From contig CAVSHT010000003.1 in NCBI GenBank assembly GCA_963727895.1, positions 96,001 to 160,000 of the forward strand: a stretch of 64,000 nucleotides of DNA. Reading direction: 5' to 3'. The notes under the pieces were generated by a model. It was given only the letters and a program-made list of their open reading frames with translations, was not told the DNA's origin and searched no databases. This document shows, one piece after another, positions 55,535 to 64,000 of this stretch. The number at the start of each line of letters is the position of its first letter. The first letter of the stretch is position 1. The DNA comes from an uncultured Methanosarcinaceae archaeon (GTDB lineage: Archaea > Halobacteriota > Methanosarcinia > Methanosarcinales > Methanosarcinaceae). A program made the position numbers and the translations under genes.

Positions 55535-56401
55535 TTAATAGAGCTCAACTTTTCGATCCTTAAAAACAGGAATAGCCATTCGAATTTCGTCTTTTTCTGA
55601 CAGGTCAAGGTCATAAACAATTACACACTCTTTGCTGCCTGCATCGGCTTTTACTTCTCCCCAGGCATCGATAATCATAGAGTTTCCAAAGTAAGTGCAG
55701 TCAGGAGCCGAACCTGTACGGTTGCAGGCAATATGTGGAATCTGATTTTCAATTGCTCTTGCCTTTGCGAGGGTCTTCCAGTGTTCAGCTCTGGGATTCG
55801 GGAATGCTGCAACTGTTATCAGAATATCAGAACCAGCAAGAATAAGTTTTCTCGCAATCTCTGGAAAACGAAGTTCATAACAGATTTGAAAGCCAATTTT
55901 CAAGTTCTGTTTTTTTAGAGTTATAGGTTCGATTGAATTTCCTCTGGAAAAATACTGGTTTTCGTCCTTAAAAGGATGAGTTTTCCGGTAACCACCTGCA
56001 AGAACTCCTGATTCAAAGCAGAAGCCGAGGTTATAGTAAAGAATAGAATTAGTAGAATTTAAAGCGATAGAATTTTTCGAATTAGTTGCCTTCTTATTTC
56101 CTGTATCAGTCGTTTTCTTGCTAACCGAAATATTCTCCGAAGCAACTTTTTCAATTATGGAACCTATGATAACGCAATCGTTTGCTTCTGAAAAACAGGC
56201 AAGGTTTTCAAGGATAGGGGAAGGTAAGGCTTCTGCTGCATAATCAAGGTGTTCATAGCAAAAACCTGTTGAAAATACCTCCGGGAAAACTATAAGTTTA
56301 GCTCCTTTATTTACGGCTTCAAGAGCCATGTATAGAGCTTTTTCAAGGTTCTCCTGCTTTCTGCAATGTAAAACATCCATCTGTATACAGGCAACTTTCA
56401 T
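55535..56401 (-). CDS. Carbon-nitrogen hydrolase (nitrilase family)
   Basis: E-K-C triad in FPE, YRK.H and ICYELRFPE; ARAIENQ motif. Confidence 0.92.
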   Translation of the reverse strand: MKVACIQMDVLHCRKQENLEKALYMALEAVNKGAKLIVFPEVFSTGFCYEHLDYAAEALPSPILENLACFSEANDCVIIGSIIEKVASENISVSKKTTDTGNKKATNSKNSIALNSTNSILYYNLGFCFESGVLAGGYRKTHPFKDENQYFSRGNSIEPITLKKQNLKIGFQICYELRFPEIARKLILAGSDILITVAAFPNPRAEHWKTLAKARAIENQIPHIACNRTGSAPDCTYFGNSMIIDAWGEVKADAGSKECVIVYDLDLSEKDEIRMAIPVFKDRKVELY

Positions 56402-56815
56402 GTCATAAACACCAGCTAACCGTTAGCAAACGGCTTGAATCCTGTGAAGTAAAATCTCACGTAAAGAAAATGAATTTGAAAAGACTAATTGGAAAAAGTG
56501 AATTTCAATTCATTGGTCATCAATTAAGAATTTTATTCCTTCTCTTACTTTTTGAATCAATAATTTTATTTTTGAAGAATAGATACCGTTGATATTTTTA
56601 TTTTATGCTTAATTCAGTCGAACAAACCTTAAGTTAACTTAAAGGTCACAACTCGATTATTTTGACGACATGAATATGCTTTTTGTAGTGAGCAGAAATG
56701 GTAAAGGTATACCACTTTCAGTAACTGTTTATTGAGCAAACTCATGATATCCACACATGCGTAGCAGCTCGAAAAAAATCAAAAAGCATTTACGTTACGT
56801 GCTTCATAAGAAAGT

Positions 56816-57679
56816 GTGATGCAAATTGGAAACAGCCGTCTAAAAAGAATAGAAAATAGTCAAGAAGAAAGAACTTATGAAATATTAAATGACATTGCAA
56901 AAGAATATGCAGCTAGGATATTTACAAAAATTAGAATTGCAGACGTGCTTGAAATAAGAAACAGTGGACTACATGACAACGAATATAAATATGCGTTAAT
57001 GGCTCATTTTGATTTTGTAGTCACAGATAACGATTATATGCCAAAGTTCGCCGTTGAATTTGATGGATCACAGCATAAAACCGATGTGTCAGCAATTCGT
57101 AAGGATGAGTTAAAGAACAATATTTGTCGTAAATTTGGCTTTCCTCTTTTACGGATAACATCAGAGTATTTTGAAAAAATCGGAAAATTTCCAACAATAT
57201 TGAGTTGGATTACTGAACTTTATTTTCTACAAGAACTTTTTTATGCTGCACAAGACAAAGGAGAAATTCCTCAAGATGAACCTTGGATTTGGTTTGGCGT
57301 AATTGGTTACGATCCTGTTGTCCGTTATAGAGCACTTATTAGAAATGCCTATGATAGAGATTTATGCTGTGATGAAGTAATAAGGTATATATGTGGGCGT
57401 TCCAAAGGCAGTAAATCCTACGTTACTCTATCAACACTAAGACTCTCAAATGATAAGTACATAGCTAGTTTGGTTGAATGTCTAACAATAAGATACTTTG
57501 CAATAACAGCACATGATATTTCAAAGGAAATTTCAGATTATAACATATATAAGAAATTTAAAAAACATCTAGAAGGAAATAATATTCACACTTATACTTA
57601 TGATGAAATATCAAAAATGCAAAGAGATTTCATTAAACAACATGATCTATGTTCCTATAACATCCAATTGATAGAATGA
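56816..57679 (+). CDS. DUF2726-like (PD-(D/E)XK) protein
   Basis: KIRIADV, HFDFVV, AVEFDGSQH and RKD..KN.IC...G.PLLRI motifs. Confidence 0.82.
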   Translation: MMQIGNSRLKRIENSQEERTYEILNDIAKEYAARIFTKIRIADVLEIRNSGLHDNEYKYALMAHFDFVVTDNDYMPKFAVEFDGSQHKTDVSAIRKDELKNNICRKFGFPLLRITSEYFEKIGKFPTILSWITELYFLQELFYAAQDKGEIPQDEPWIWFGVIGYDPVVRYRALIRNAYDRDLCCDEVIRYICGRSKGSKSYVTLSTLRLSNDKYIASLVECLTIRYFAITAHDISKEISDYNIYKKFKKHLEGNNIHTYTYDEISKMQRDFIKQHDLCSYNIQLIE

Positions 57680-57901
57680 ACACAACTCTAGAAACTCTTT
57701 GCAGGATACCTGTAAACATGAACTTTTCTGCATAAACGAAAATTGCAGTGTAGAACTTAAATTAGGGCTTTTTTATTTTAAATTAGTTGAGATCTATTCT
57801 TTTAGAGAATTTCTACGGAGTTGATTTAAAAATCGAAAATTAAAATGTGTTTAGACGGCAGAAATATGGAAATTTAGTGCTGTTCATTATTCCGAGAAAA
57901 G

Positions 57902-58915
57902 TTACATAAAAAAATCTCTAAGATCTATTTCTTCACCCATTCTCAACTGGTTTCGAAGAAGAGTAAGTTTTCGGTCTATTTTTTCGAGGCTTTTAAGATA
58001 TTTTTTTTCATTTGGTGTGGTTTTTAATAGTTTTGTTATTCCACCGTTTTTAATGACCAGTCTCTGGTCTGCTGATAGAGCCAGAAGAGGGTCATGAGTA
58101 CTGATTAAAACGATCTTGTTGTTACTTACCAGAAGTTCCAGAGATCTAACCTTGTCGACTCCGGCGTTTTCAATCTCATCGATTAGGACGACAGATGCCG
58201 GACTGAGAAGTGCGGTATCTGCAATCATCAGAGCGCGTGATTGTCCCCCTGAGAGCTCTGTAACAGGAGTTTCCTTGCTGAAAGGTTCTCCTGACAGAAT
58301 GTTAGCAGTATAATATATTTTCTGGACAATACGGGAGACCTCATCAACCATACGGCTCTCGGCGTGCAGGGTCAGAAACTCCACTGCACTGAAATCCATA
58401 ACAAAGTTCATGTTCTGTGAAAGCTGAGCAATAAAACGTCCCTCAGTTGAGAAACGCTCCTCATCACTTGGGAATCGACCATCAACTATTATTTTGCGGC
58501 CTGTAGGAGTGTCCTCCTGTGCCAGAGATTCAATATCAGCCAGCAGCCGTGACTTGCCTGATCCTGTCGGACCGACAATTGCTGTCACTTCACCTTTTTT
58601 TAGTTCTACTGAAAAGGCTTCTTTTTTCCCATTTTTAGTATGTCCAGGGAGCACAGTTAAGGATTCTACCATAAATCCGTTTCCCTGTTGAAGAGCTTTA
58701 GCCTGCTCAATAAATAGAAAGAAGCCATCAATAAAGGCACGATAACTGCTTTCCATCTAAATAAAATAATTTTCACCAAGTATTGAACCCAGTTCTTCCA
58801 GTTTTTTGTTTCCAAACTGTGCAGGATCAATTGCAAATGCAGAGAAGTAATCCTCTATCCAGGGCATCATCTTCCTGAGTTCATCTATTGTCATGTGAAG
58901 CAAATCTGTCCTCAA
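57902..58915 (-). CDS. ABC-type ATPase with N-terminal extension and in-frame TAG at 58759-58757
   Basis: GPTGSGKS, LSGGQ, LIDE and THD motifs. TTG at 58915 behind GGAGA is in frame, with TAG as codon 53. Confidence 0.85.
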
Positions 58916-58945
58916 GCTATTTTTCTCCACTAAATCTATTCTTCT

Positions 58946-59650
58946 CTATTTATTCTTCTCTTCTTCTCTGAAGTTTACCAATTTTGAAACACCAATCTGC
59001 CTATAATCCCCGATTTTTCTCTCTCCAAGGCAGTATGAACACAGAGCTCCTAGAATGGTAAATCGAAGTGTGGCTCCATGAAGAGTTTCAATAGTAGATG
59101 TTTTTTCTACAAGTCTTGCAAGATAGAAACTACCCTGTCCAGTAACCCCATTGATCTGAATTATCATTCCTCTAGGATTAACCTGTCTGACCCTGTATGC
59201 AAAGACCTCACGCTCTGCCTGGGAGACAATATCCCCTTTAGTAATAACAACGATGTCTGCAAGTTTTAACATGGGACCGATTTTTTTAGGTGTATTGACA
59301 CCACTAAGGTTATCAATGACACAAATTGCCATAACATCTTTAATATGGGGAGAACAGCGATTGCAGAGACCGGCACTCTCAGTGATCAGAAAATCAAACT
59401 TCTTCTCTTTAGCCCACTTAAGGGCTTCTTCAATGTTGCTTACAAAAAAGTGGTCAGGACAGAGCCCTCTGGAGAGACCGGTCTTGACCGGAATATTATG
59501 GGCGGAATAAATTTTTTCATCCTGAGCCGAGAGACAATCAAATTTTACCACACCGATTGTGAAACCCTTTTGTCTAAGATCTTCGATGGTCTTGATAATG
59601 ATACTGGTTTTTCCTGATGATGGAGGACCTGCTACCGTAACAAGTCTCAA
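58946..59650 (-). CDS. CobW/HypB/UreG (G3E)-like GTPase, Cys-rich
   Basis: GPPSSGKT, LCPDH, ESAGLCNRC, TKGD and CSYC motifs. Confidence 0.88.
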   Translation of the reverse strand: MRLVTVAGPPSSGKTSIIIKTIEDLRQKGFTIGVVKFDCLSAQDEKIYSAHNIPVKTGLSRGLCPDHFFVSNIEEALKWAKEKKFDFLITESAGLCNRCSPHIKDVMAICVIDNLSGVNTPKKIGPMLKLADIVVITKGDIVSQAEREVFAYRVRQVNPRGMIIQINGVTGQGSFYLARLVEKTSTIETLHGATLRFTILGALCSYCLGERKIGDYRQIGVSKLVNFREEEKNK

Positions 59651-60891
59651 ACAACACCTCCTGTCTCCTTGAACTGTTTATTGAACACCTCTGCAACTTC
59701 ATTTATAAGTGTTCCTATGTCATTATTCATCAAGAAATCCCAGCCCATCCAATAAAGTGCGATGTCTTCAAGATTATTAGCAACTTCAGGATTTGTTGTC
59801 GGGAAAAAAGCTCTGGTAGAGATTTCCGCAAATTCTTTACCACAGAGAAAATCCGTGATCTCTTTAACCCGTTCTACTGCACTTTTTTTAACCAGCATCT
59901 GCACAGGACTTACAATAGCTCCTTCTGAAGGTATATTGATCTTTATACGGGATTTATCCTGAATTTTCTTAGCAAAGAAGAGAGGCATGAGATACATTGG
60001 CGGAACATCATCTTTTTTACTGTCTATCATTTTGACCATTTCAGATGGATGGATTCCTGTATATACTGACGAAGCAAGTTTTTTAATTCTCTCCATTCCA
60101 TATAACCGGTAGAACGGAAGCAGTACCCCATTACAGAAAAAGCCTCCCTGTCCCCGCATAACAACCTTGTTCCTATACTCCTCTTTCAAGAGATCTTCCC
60201 AGGATTCGGGTCTGATCTTATCCCGTATGAGTTCATTTATGGTAACCAGAACAAGAAGGTTTGCAGAGATCATGGTAAACTGACCGCGGGGATCTGCAAA
60301 ACCGATAGATTCAAAATCAGTGTTCATGGGAGATGAATTAAGATTTACAAAATATTCCTTATTGAGGAAATTCTCCTGGAAGGATTTGTGGTAAAAGCTG
60401 TTAATATCAGAACTGACAATTATGTCTGGTAGTTCGTCAATCGATGTAACCGAGTCAATATATTCATAATATGATATCTCATGATTGACATTTCCCTCTA
60501 CAAGAGAATGGAGAATATTACTGATTTGCTTTTTGTATTCAGTTGAAAATTCATCAAATGCACGATTGAAGGGCATTTTCATGCCGCAGGGCAAAAGGGC
60601 AAGAAGGGTCAGATCTTTTTGTCTTTCTGGAGAATCTGCAAGGGTAAAATCTCCTTTTGCTTCATTATCCAGAACAACCTGATTCAAAAGCTCAATAAAA
60701 GAATCTTTATTTACAGATACCATTGATAGAGCTGTTTTCAATTTTAGTAATGGTCCAAGTTTTTCAAGAACTTCTTTGTTTTCAAATTTTCCCATTCCAT
60801 GCTGCTTGAATATTTTTAGTAGAAATGGATATTCACTTAAGATCTGGTGTATACTCATTGTTTCGTCAATTACTTTCATATCATTCCGCAT
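59647..60891 (-). CDS. DUF1858-like domain + substrate-binding-protein-like fold, no signal peptide
   Basis: N-terminal SIHQILSEYP.L..IF...G; PESWEDLL and P.EGAIVSP motifs. Confidence 0.78.
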   Translation of the reverse strand: MRNDMKVIDETMSIHQILSEYPFLLKIFKQHGMGKFENKEVLEKLGPLLKLKTALSMVSVNKDSFIELLNQVVLDNEAKGDFTLADSPERQKDLTLLALLPCGMKMPFNRAFDEFSTEYKKQISNILHSLVEGNVNHEISYYEYIDSVTSIDELPDIIVSSDINSFYHKSFQENFLNKEYFVNLNSSPMNTDFESIGFADPRGQFTMISANLLVLVTINELIRDKIRPESWEDLLKEEYRNKVVMRGQGGFFCNGVLLPFYRLYGMERIKKLASSVYTGIHPSEMVKMIDSKKDDVPPMYLMPLFFAKKIQDKSRIKINIPSEGAIVSPVQMLVKKSAVERVKEITDFLCGKEFAEISTRAFFPTTNPEVANNLEDIALYWMGWDFLMNNDIGTLINEVAEVFNKQFKETGGVV

Positions 60892-60976
60892 GATATCTGT
60901 TTGAGCAGTATCTTATCTCCCTTCCTAATTGGCAGTAATACTATTTTGTAGGATGTTACTTATTTCAATAAAGATA

Positions 60977-61020
60977 CAAATATATAAGTATGTTTATCTC
61001 GGAAATTTCATTCCGATAAA
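60977..61020 (-). promoter_or_regulatory. Putative TATA box with adjacent palindrome TCGGAA-N6-TTCCGA
   Basis: Minus-strand TTATATA at ~60981-60987; inverted repeat 60999-61016. Confidence 0.4.
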
Positions 61021-61297
61021 ATTCTCAAATTAGCTTATAATTTCCTCAATATAATTTGATAAACAGTTACCTCATATGTAATTTGTAAACTAATAGCTGT
61101 TATATAGGAGTGGAAAAGTAAAGAATATAGGAAGTGAAGAAGTCAATAATTTATGGAATGAAGAAGTCAAGAATAGATGGGAATAAAAAGAATAAATACA
61201 GAAATATTACGGTATTTTTTATACAAACATCAACAAAAGACGGTATTCGATGCTTAAACTATGAAGCATGAATTGCAATTTAAACAACTAAAGATCT

Positions 61298-61948
61298 TCA
61301 GGGGAGCAGGGTGGTCTGTTTGCTCTTTGCTACCAGACCTTCAAGGTCAATTCTGTGTTTTATCATCCCTGCAAGGACTTCATTTGCAAGCTTTGTTACT
61401 TCTTCTTTGTTTTCTCGAATTTCATATGCAGGGTCATCGGAAGGGATTTCAATTTTTGTAATATCGGCTCTGGCTTTCTTCAAATGTGTTTCCTGTGCCT
61501 CACAGACGATGCCAGGTTTTTCCAGGTACTGCTCAAGATGTTTCTGAGTAATTCCTACAAGCTTTAATTCCTTGCGGAAACATGACCTTTCAAATAGCTT
61601 GGAGACAACATAAACTCCTACAGGAATCCTGAAATCCAGGTTGATTTTAAGAAGCTCGGTTCTTAGGATTGAATAAATTTCTTCTGGATTCGAAAATTCC
61701 TGAGACCTTGAAACTTTGTCTTTTTCGGATAGAGAATCCGTAGTTTTTTCAGGCAGAGCATAAATCTTCGACGGAGGGACTTCTGTTTCTTCCAGAATTT
61801 CAAGGTCTCTTAATGCTCTAAGATAGCCTGTAAGAACCAGGCGATGTTCATCTATGCCTACGACTTTCAGTTCTCTAGAAAGTCCACTAATTGAGAGCTG
61901 CTTGCCATCAAGTAATTCCAGAATTTTTATATTGATTTTCTCTTCCAT
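61298..61948 (-). CDS. Hypothetical protein with N-terminal wHTH-like region
   Basis: 216-aa ORF with AGGT RBS; SISGLSREL...LTGYLRAL...PPSKIY. Confidence 0.8.
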   Translation of the reverse strand: MEEKINIKILELLDGKQLSISGLSRELKVVGIDEHRLVLTGYLRALRDLEILEETEVPPSKIYALPEKTTDSLSEKDKVSRSQEFSNPEEIYSILRTELLKINLDFRIPVGVYVVSKLFERSCFRKELKLVGITQKHLEQYLEKPGIVCEAQETHLKKARADITKIEIPSDDPAYEIRENKEEVTKLANEVLAGMIKHRIDLEGLVAKSKQTTLLP

Positions 61949-62492
61949 CCGTACCTACATCATATTTTATTGTATTTTATTAATTCTTTAGGGTTCAGGC
62001 CAAAAAACAGTGTCTTCCTCCAGGGCAACGTAAAAATAAGCCCATATTTTCCCCGAATCTTTGAAGAAGACCTGATAATTTTCTTTTTGATAGGGCGAGT
62101 AAACAAGAAAATTGCAGGGAGCAATACACGATGTAATTCTCCTGCATAATATAAACCTTATGAGAGATAATATAATGATATAACCGAAGTAATTTAAAAC
62201 AATTAAAACAACTCAATAACACTTTATTATATTTTATAAATATGTAACGAAATCTGAAGGTGGAAGACAATAAACTGGAAAGCCTCTGGAATTAAATTTA
62301 TAATTACTATAACTAATGTTTTCCTTATAAAAAAATTCTGAAATAATATTATCAATAAGATATTTTTATATTCTGTGTTAGTAAAATAAATGAGAATTGA
62401 ACTATTTTCCAGCAGAATCAAAGGGTAATACTTAAAAGTAATAATTGCCATTTGGATAAGGCTTAAATTGATTATTTTTCAAGGATGCAAAG

Positions 62493-62990
62493 ATGATTAC
62501 AAAGTTAATCCCCAAAAAAGTTTTCTTTACAAGTGGAGTTGGTACACACCCCGAACATCTTGAATCATTTGAAGTTGCACTTCGGGATGCAAATATTGAG
62601 AAATTTAATCTTGTAACTGTAAGTTCTATCCTGCCTCCTAACTGTGAGATCGTATCCAGAGACGAAGGTCTGGAAGAGTTAAGTCCCGGAGAAATTGTGT
62701 TTTGCGTAATGTCCAGAATATCTTCCAATGAGCCAAGAAGAACGCTCAGTGCAGCGGTAGGATGTGCACTCCCGCAAAACATAAACAAACACGGTTATAT
62801 CTCAGAGTATCACGCATATGGAGAAACTGCGCAGGATGTTGGGGATCATTCTGAAAAAATGGCGAAAAGCATGTACAGCACCTGGACAAATGAAGCACCT
62901 CTAAAGACTTTCAGTTTTCCCAGGTCGTCTTCCGTAGATGAGCATGGAGACTGGATGACCGTAATATCTGCAGCAGCTTTTACTATCTGA
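62493..62990 (+). CDS. pdaD: Pyruvoyl-dependent arginine decarboxylase
   Basis: SFE.ALRDA.IEKFNLVTVSSILP (Ser-Ser cleavage site) and GYISE motifs. Confidence 0.93.
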   Translation: MITKLIPKKVFFTSGVGTHPEHLESFEVALRDANIEKFNLVTVSSILPPNCEIVSRDEGLEELSPGEIVFCVMSRISSNEPRRTLSAAVGCALPQNINKHGYISEYHAYGETAQDVGDHSEKMAKSMYSTWTNEAPLKTFSFPRSSSVDEHGDWMTVISAAAFTI

Positions 62991-63302
62991 ACATTTACAG
63001 GTATGTCTGTAATTATTTCTGTTATTTTACGAGTTGCTCCGGGAATATTAAAACTGTTCATCACGCTGTCTAATTTCACGTTCTTTGCTCCTGATTAAAA
63101 TCTGCAAATTAGTTTTCTTTATTAAGATCAATCTATGTCTGAAATCGTCCAGTCGGAGAGTCTACATATATTGATATTTAATAAATAATATAGAATTATA
63201 TAGAGCTATTTGAATTTCTTACCGCCTGTTGCCAAATGCCTTCGAATGCCTTCAGACGCTTGAAACTCACATGTTAAATTATCTGCTTATTAGGAGACTG
63301 AT

Positions 63303-64000
63303 ATGCGTCTTAATGTATTCACCGACAACCCAACCGTTCCGATAGATGTAAAAGACAGGTCTGTAAGTGAATTGATGGACGGAATGCTCAAAACAGGCTT
63401 TCAAGGAAGGAAGCTAGCCGAATCCGTTCAGGCCTGGCACAATATGCTAAAAGAAGAGAATATGACCGTGCTTATGGGCTTGTCTGGAGCTATGGTTCCT
63501 GCTGGCATGCGCAGAGTAATTTCCTATATGATCCGGGAAAGGATGATAGATTGCCTTGTAAGTACAGGAGCAAATCTGTTCCATGATTCACACGAAGCTC
63601 TAGGCAAGAAACACTATTTGGGCTCACATCTGGCTGATGATGAAAATCTCTTCAAGCATGGAGTTGACAGGATTTATGATGTTTTTGCAGTTGAAGAAGA
63701 ATTCAGGGCTGCAGATAATCTGATTGCGGATTTTGCAGAGCAAATCGGGGAAGTCTCCTGTTCCTCAAGGGAGTTCATGTATCTTCTAGGAAAAGAATTG
63801 GTAAGACGTGGAGCTGCAGAGGACTCTATAATAGTCAGTGCTTACAGGAACAATATCCCTATCTTCGTTCCTGCACTTTCGGATAGTTCAATAGGGATCG
63901 GGCTTACTATTGCAAGAAGACGAGGATTGAAACTTGAGATAGACCAGATAAAAGACGTTGATGAGGTCACGCAGATTGTGGAAAAATCAGGAAAAACTGG
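63303..64000 (+). CDS. dys: Deoxyhypusine synthase family protein (truncated by window end)
   Basis: Hand-translated GFQGRKL, GLSGAMVPAGMR, STGANLFHD, DRIYD and PALSDSSIG; AGGAG RBS. Confidence 0.92.
   Translation, partial: MRLNVFTDNPTVPIDVKDRSVSELMDGMLKTGFQGRKLAESVQAWHNMLKEENMTVLMGLSGAMVPAGMRRVISYMIRERMIDCLVSTGANLFHDSHEALGKKHYLGSHLADDENLFKHGVDRIYDVFAVEEEFRAADNLIADFAEQIGEVSCSSREFMYLLGKELVRRGAAEDSIIVSAYRNNIPIFVPALSDSSIGIGLTIARRRGLKLEIDQIKDVDEVTQIVEKSGKT

Noticed and set aside
1..64000. tRNA, rRNA, integrase or att sites
   Set aside because: None recognised by eye; tRNAscan-SE and Infernal would be needed to exclude them.

Overview
AT-rich archaeal DNA whose gene content (MC1, radA, archaeal coaD, hmgA, fae, archaeal leuS, pdaD, PGF-CTERM protein) indicates Methanosarcinales, probably Methanosarcina (inference). 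Housekeeping blocks alternate with a heavily decayed accessory fraction. Seven copies of one ~740-bp IS1-family element are present (plus end stubs), along with an IS110 pseudogene with a structured upstream non-coding region, an IS6 fragment and three MITE families. Pseudogenes include aglB, pepN, a transglutaminase, a SauUSI-like type IV restriction enzyme and a surface protein. Best candidates for uncharacterised systems: (1) a permease-less operon encoding a signal-less binding protein, a Cys-rich G3E GTPase and an ABC ATPase whose gene has an in-frame amber codon; (2) a GT4-(alpha/alpha) / GH130 / GT4 / PMI-cupin mannoside operon; (3) a candidate archaeal IS110 bridge RNA; (4) a Nudix + PLD-helicase defence pair split by IS1. 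I saw no rRNA, tRNA or CRISPR array. Family assignments come from motif recognition by eye, not from database searches.
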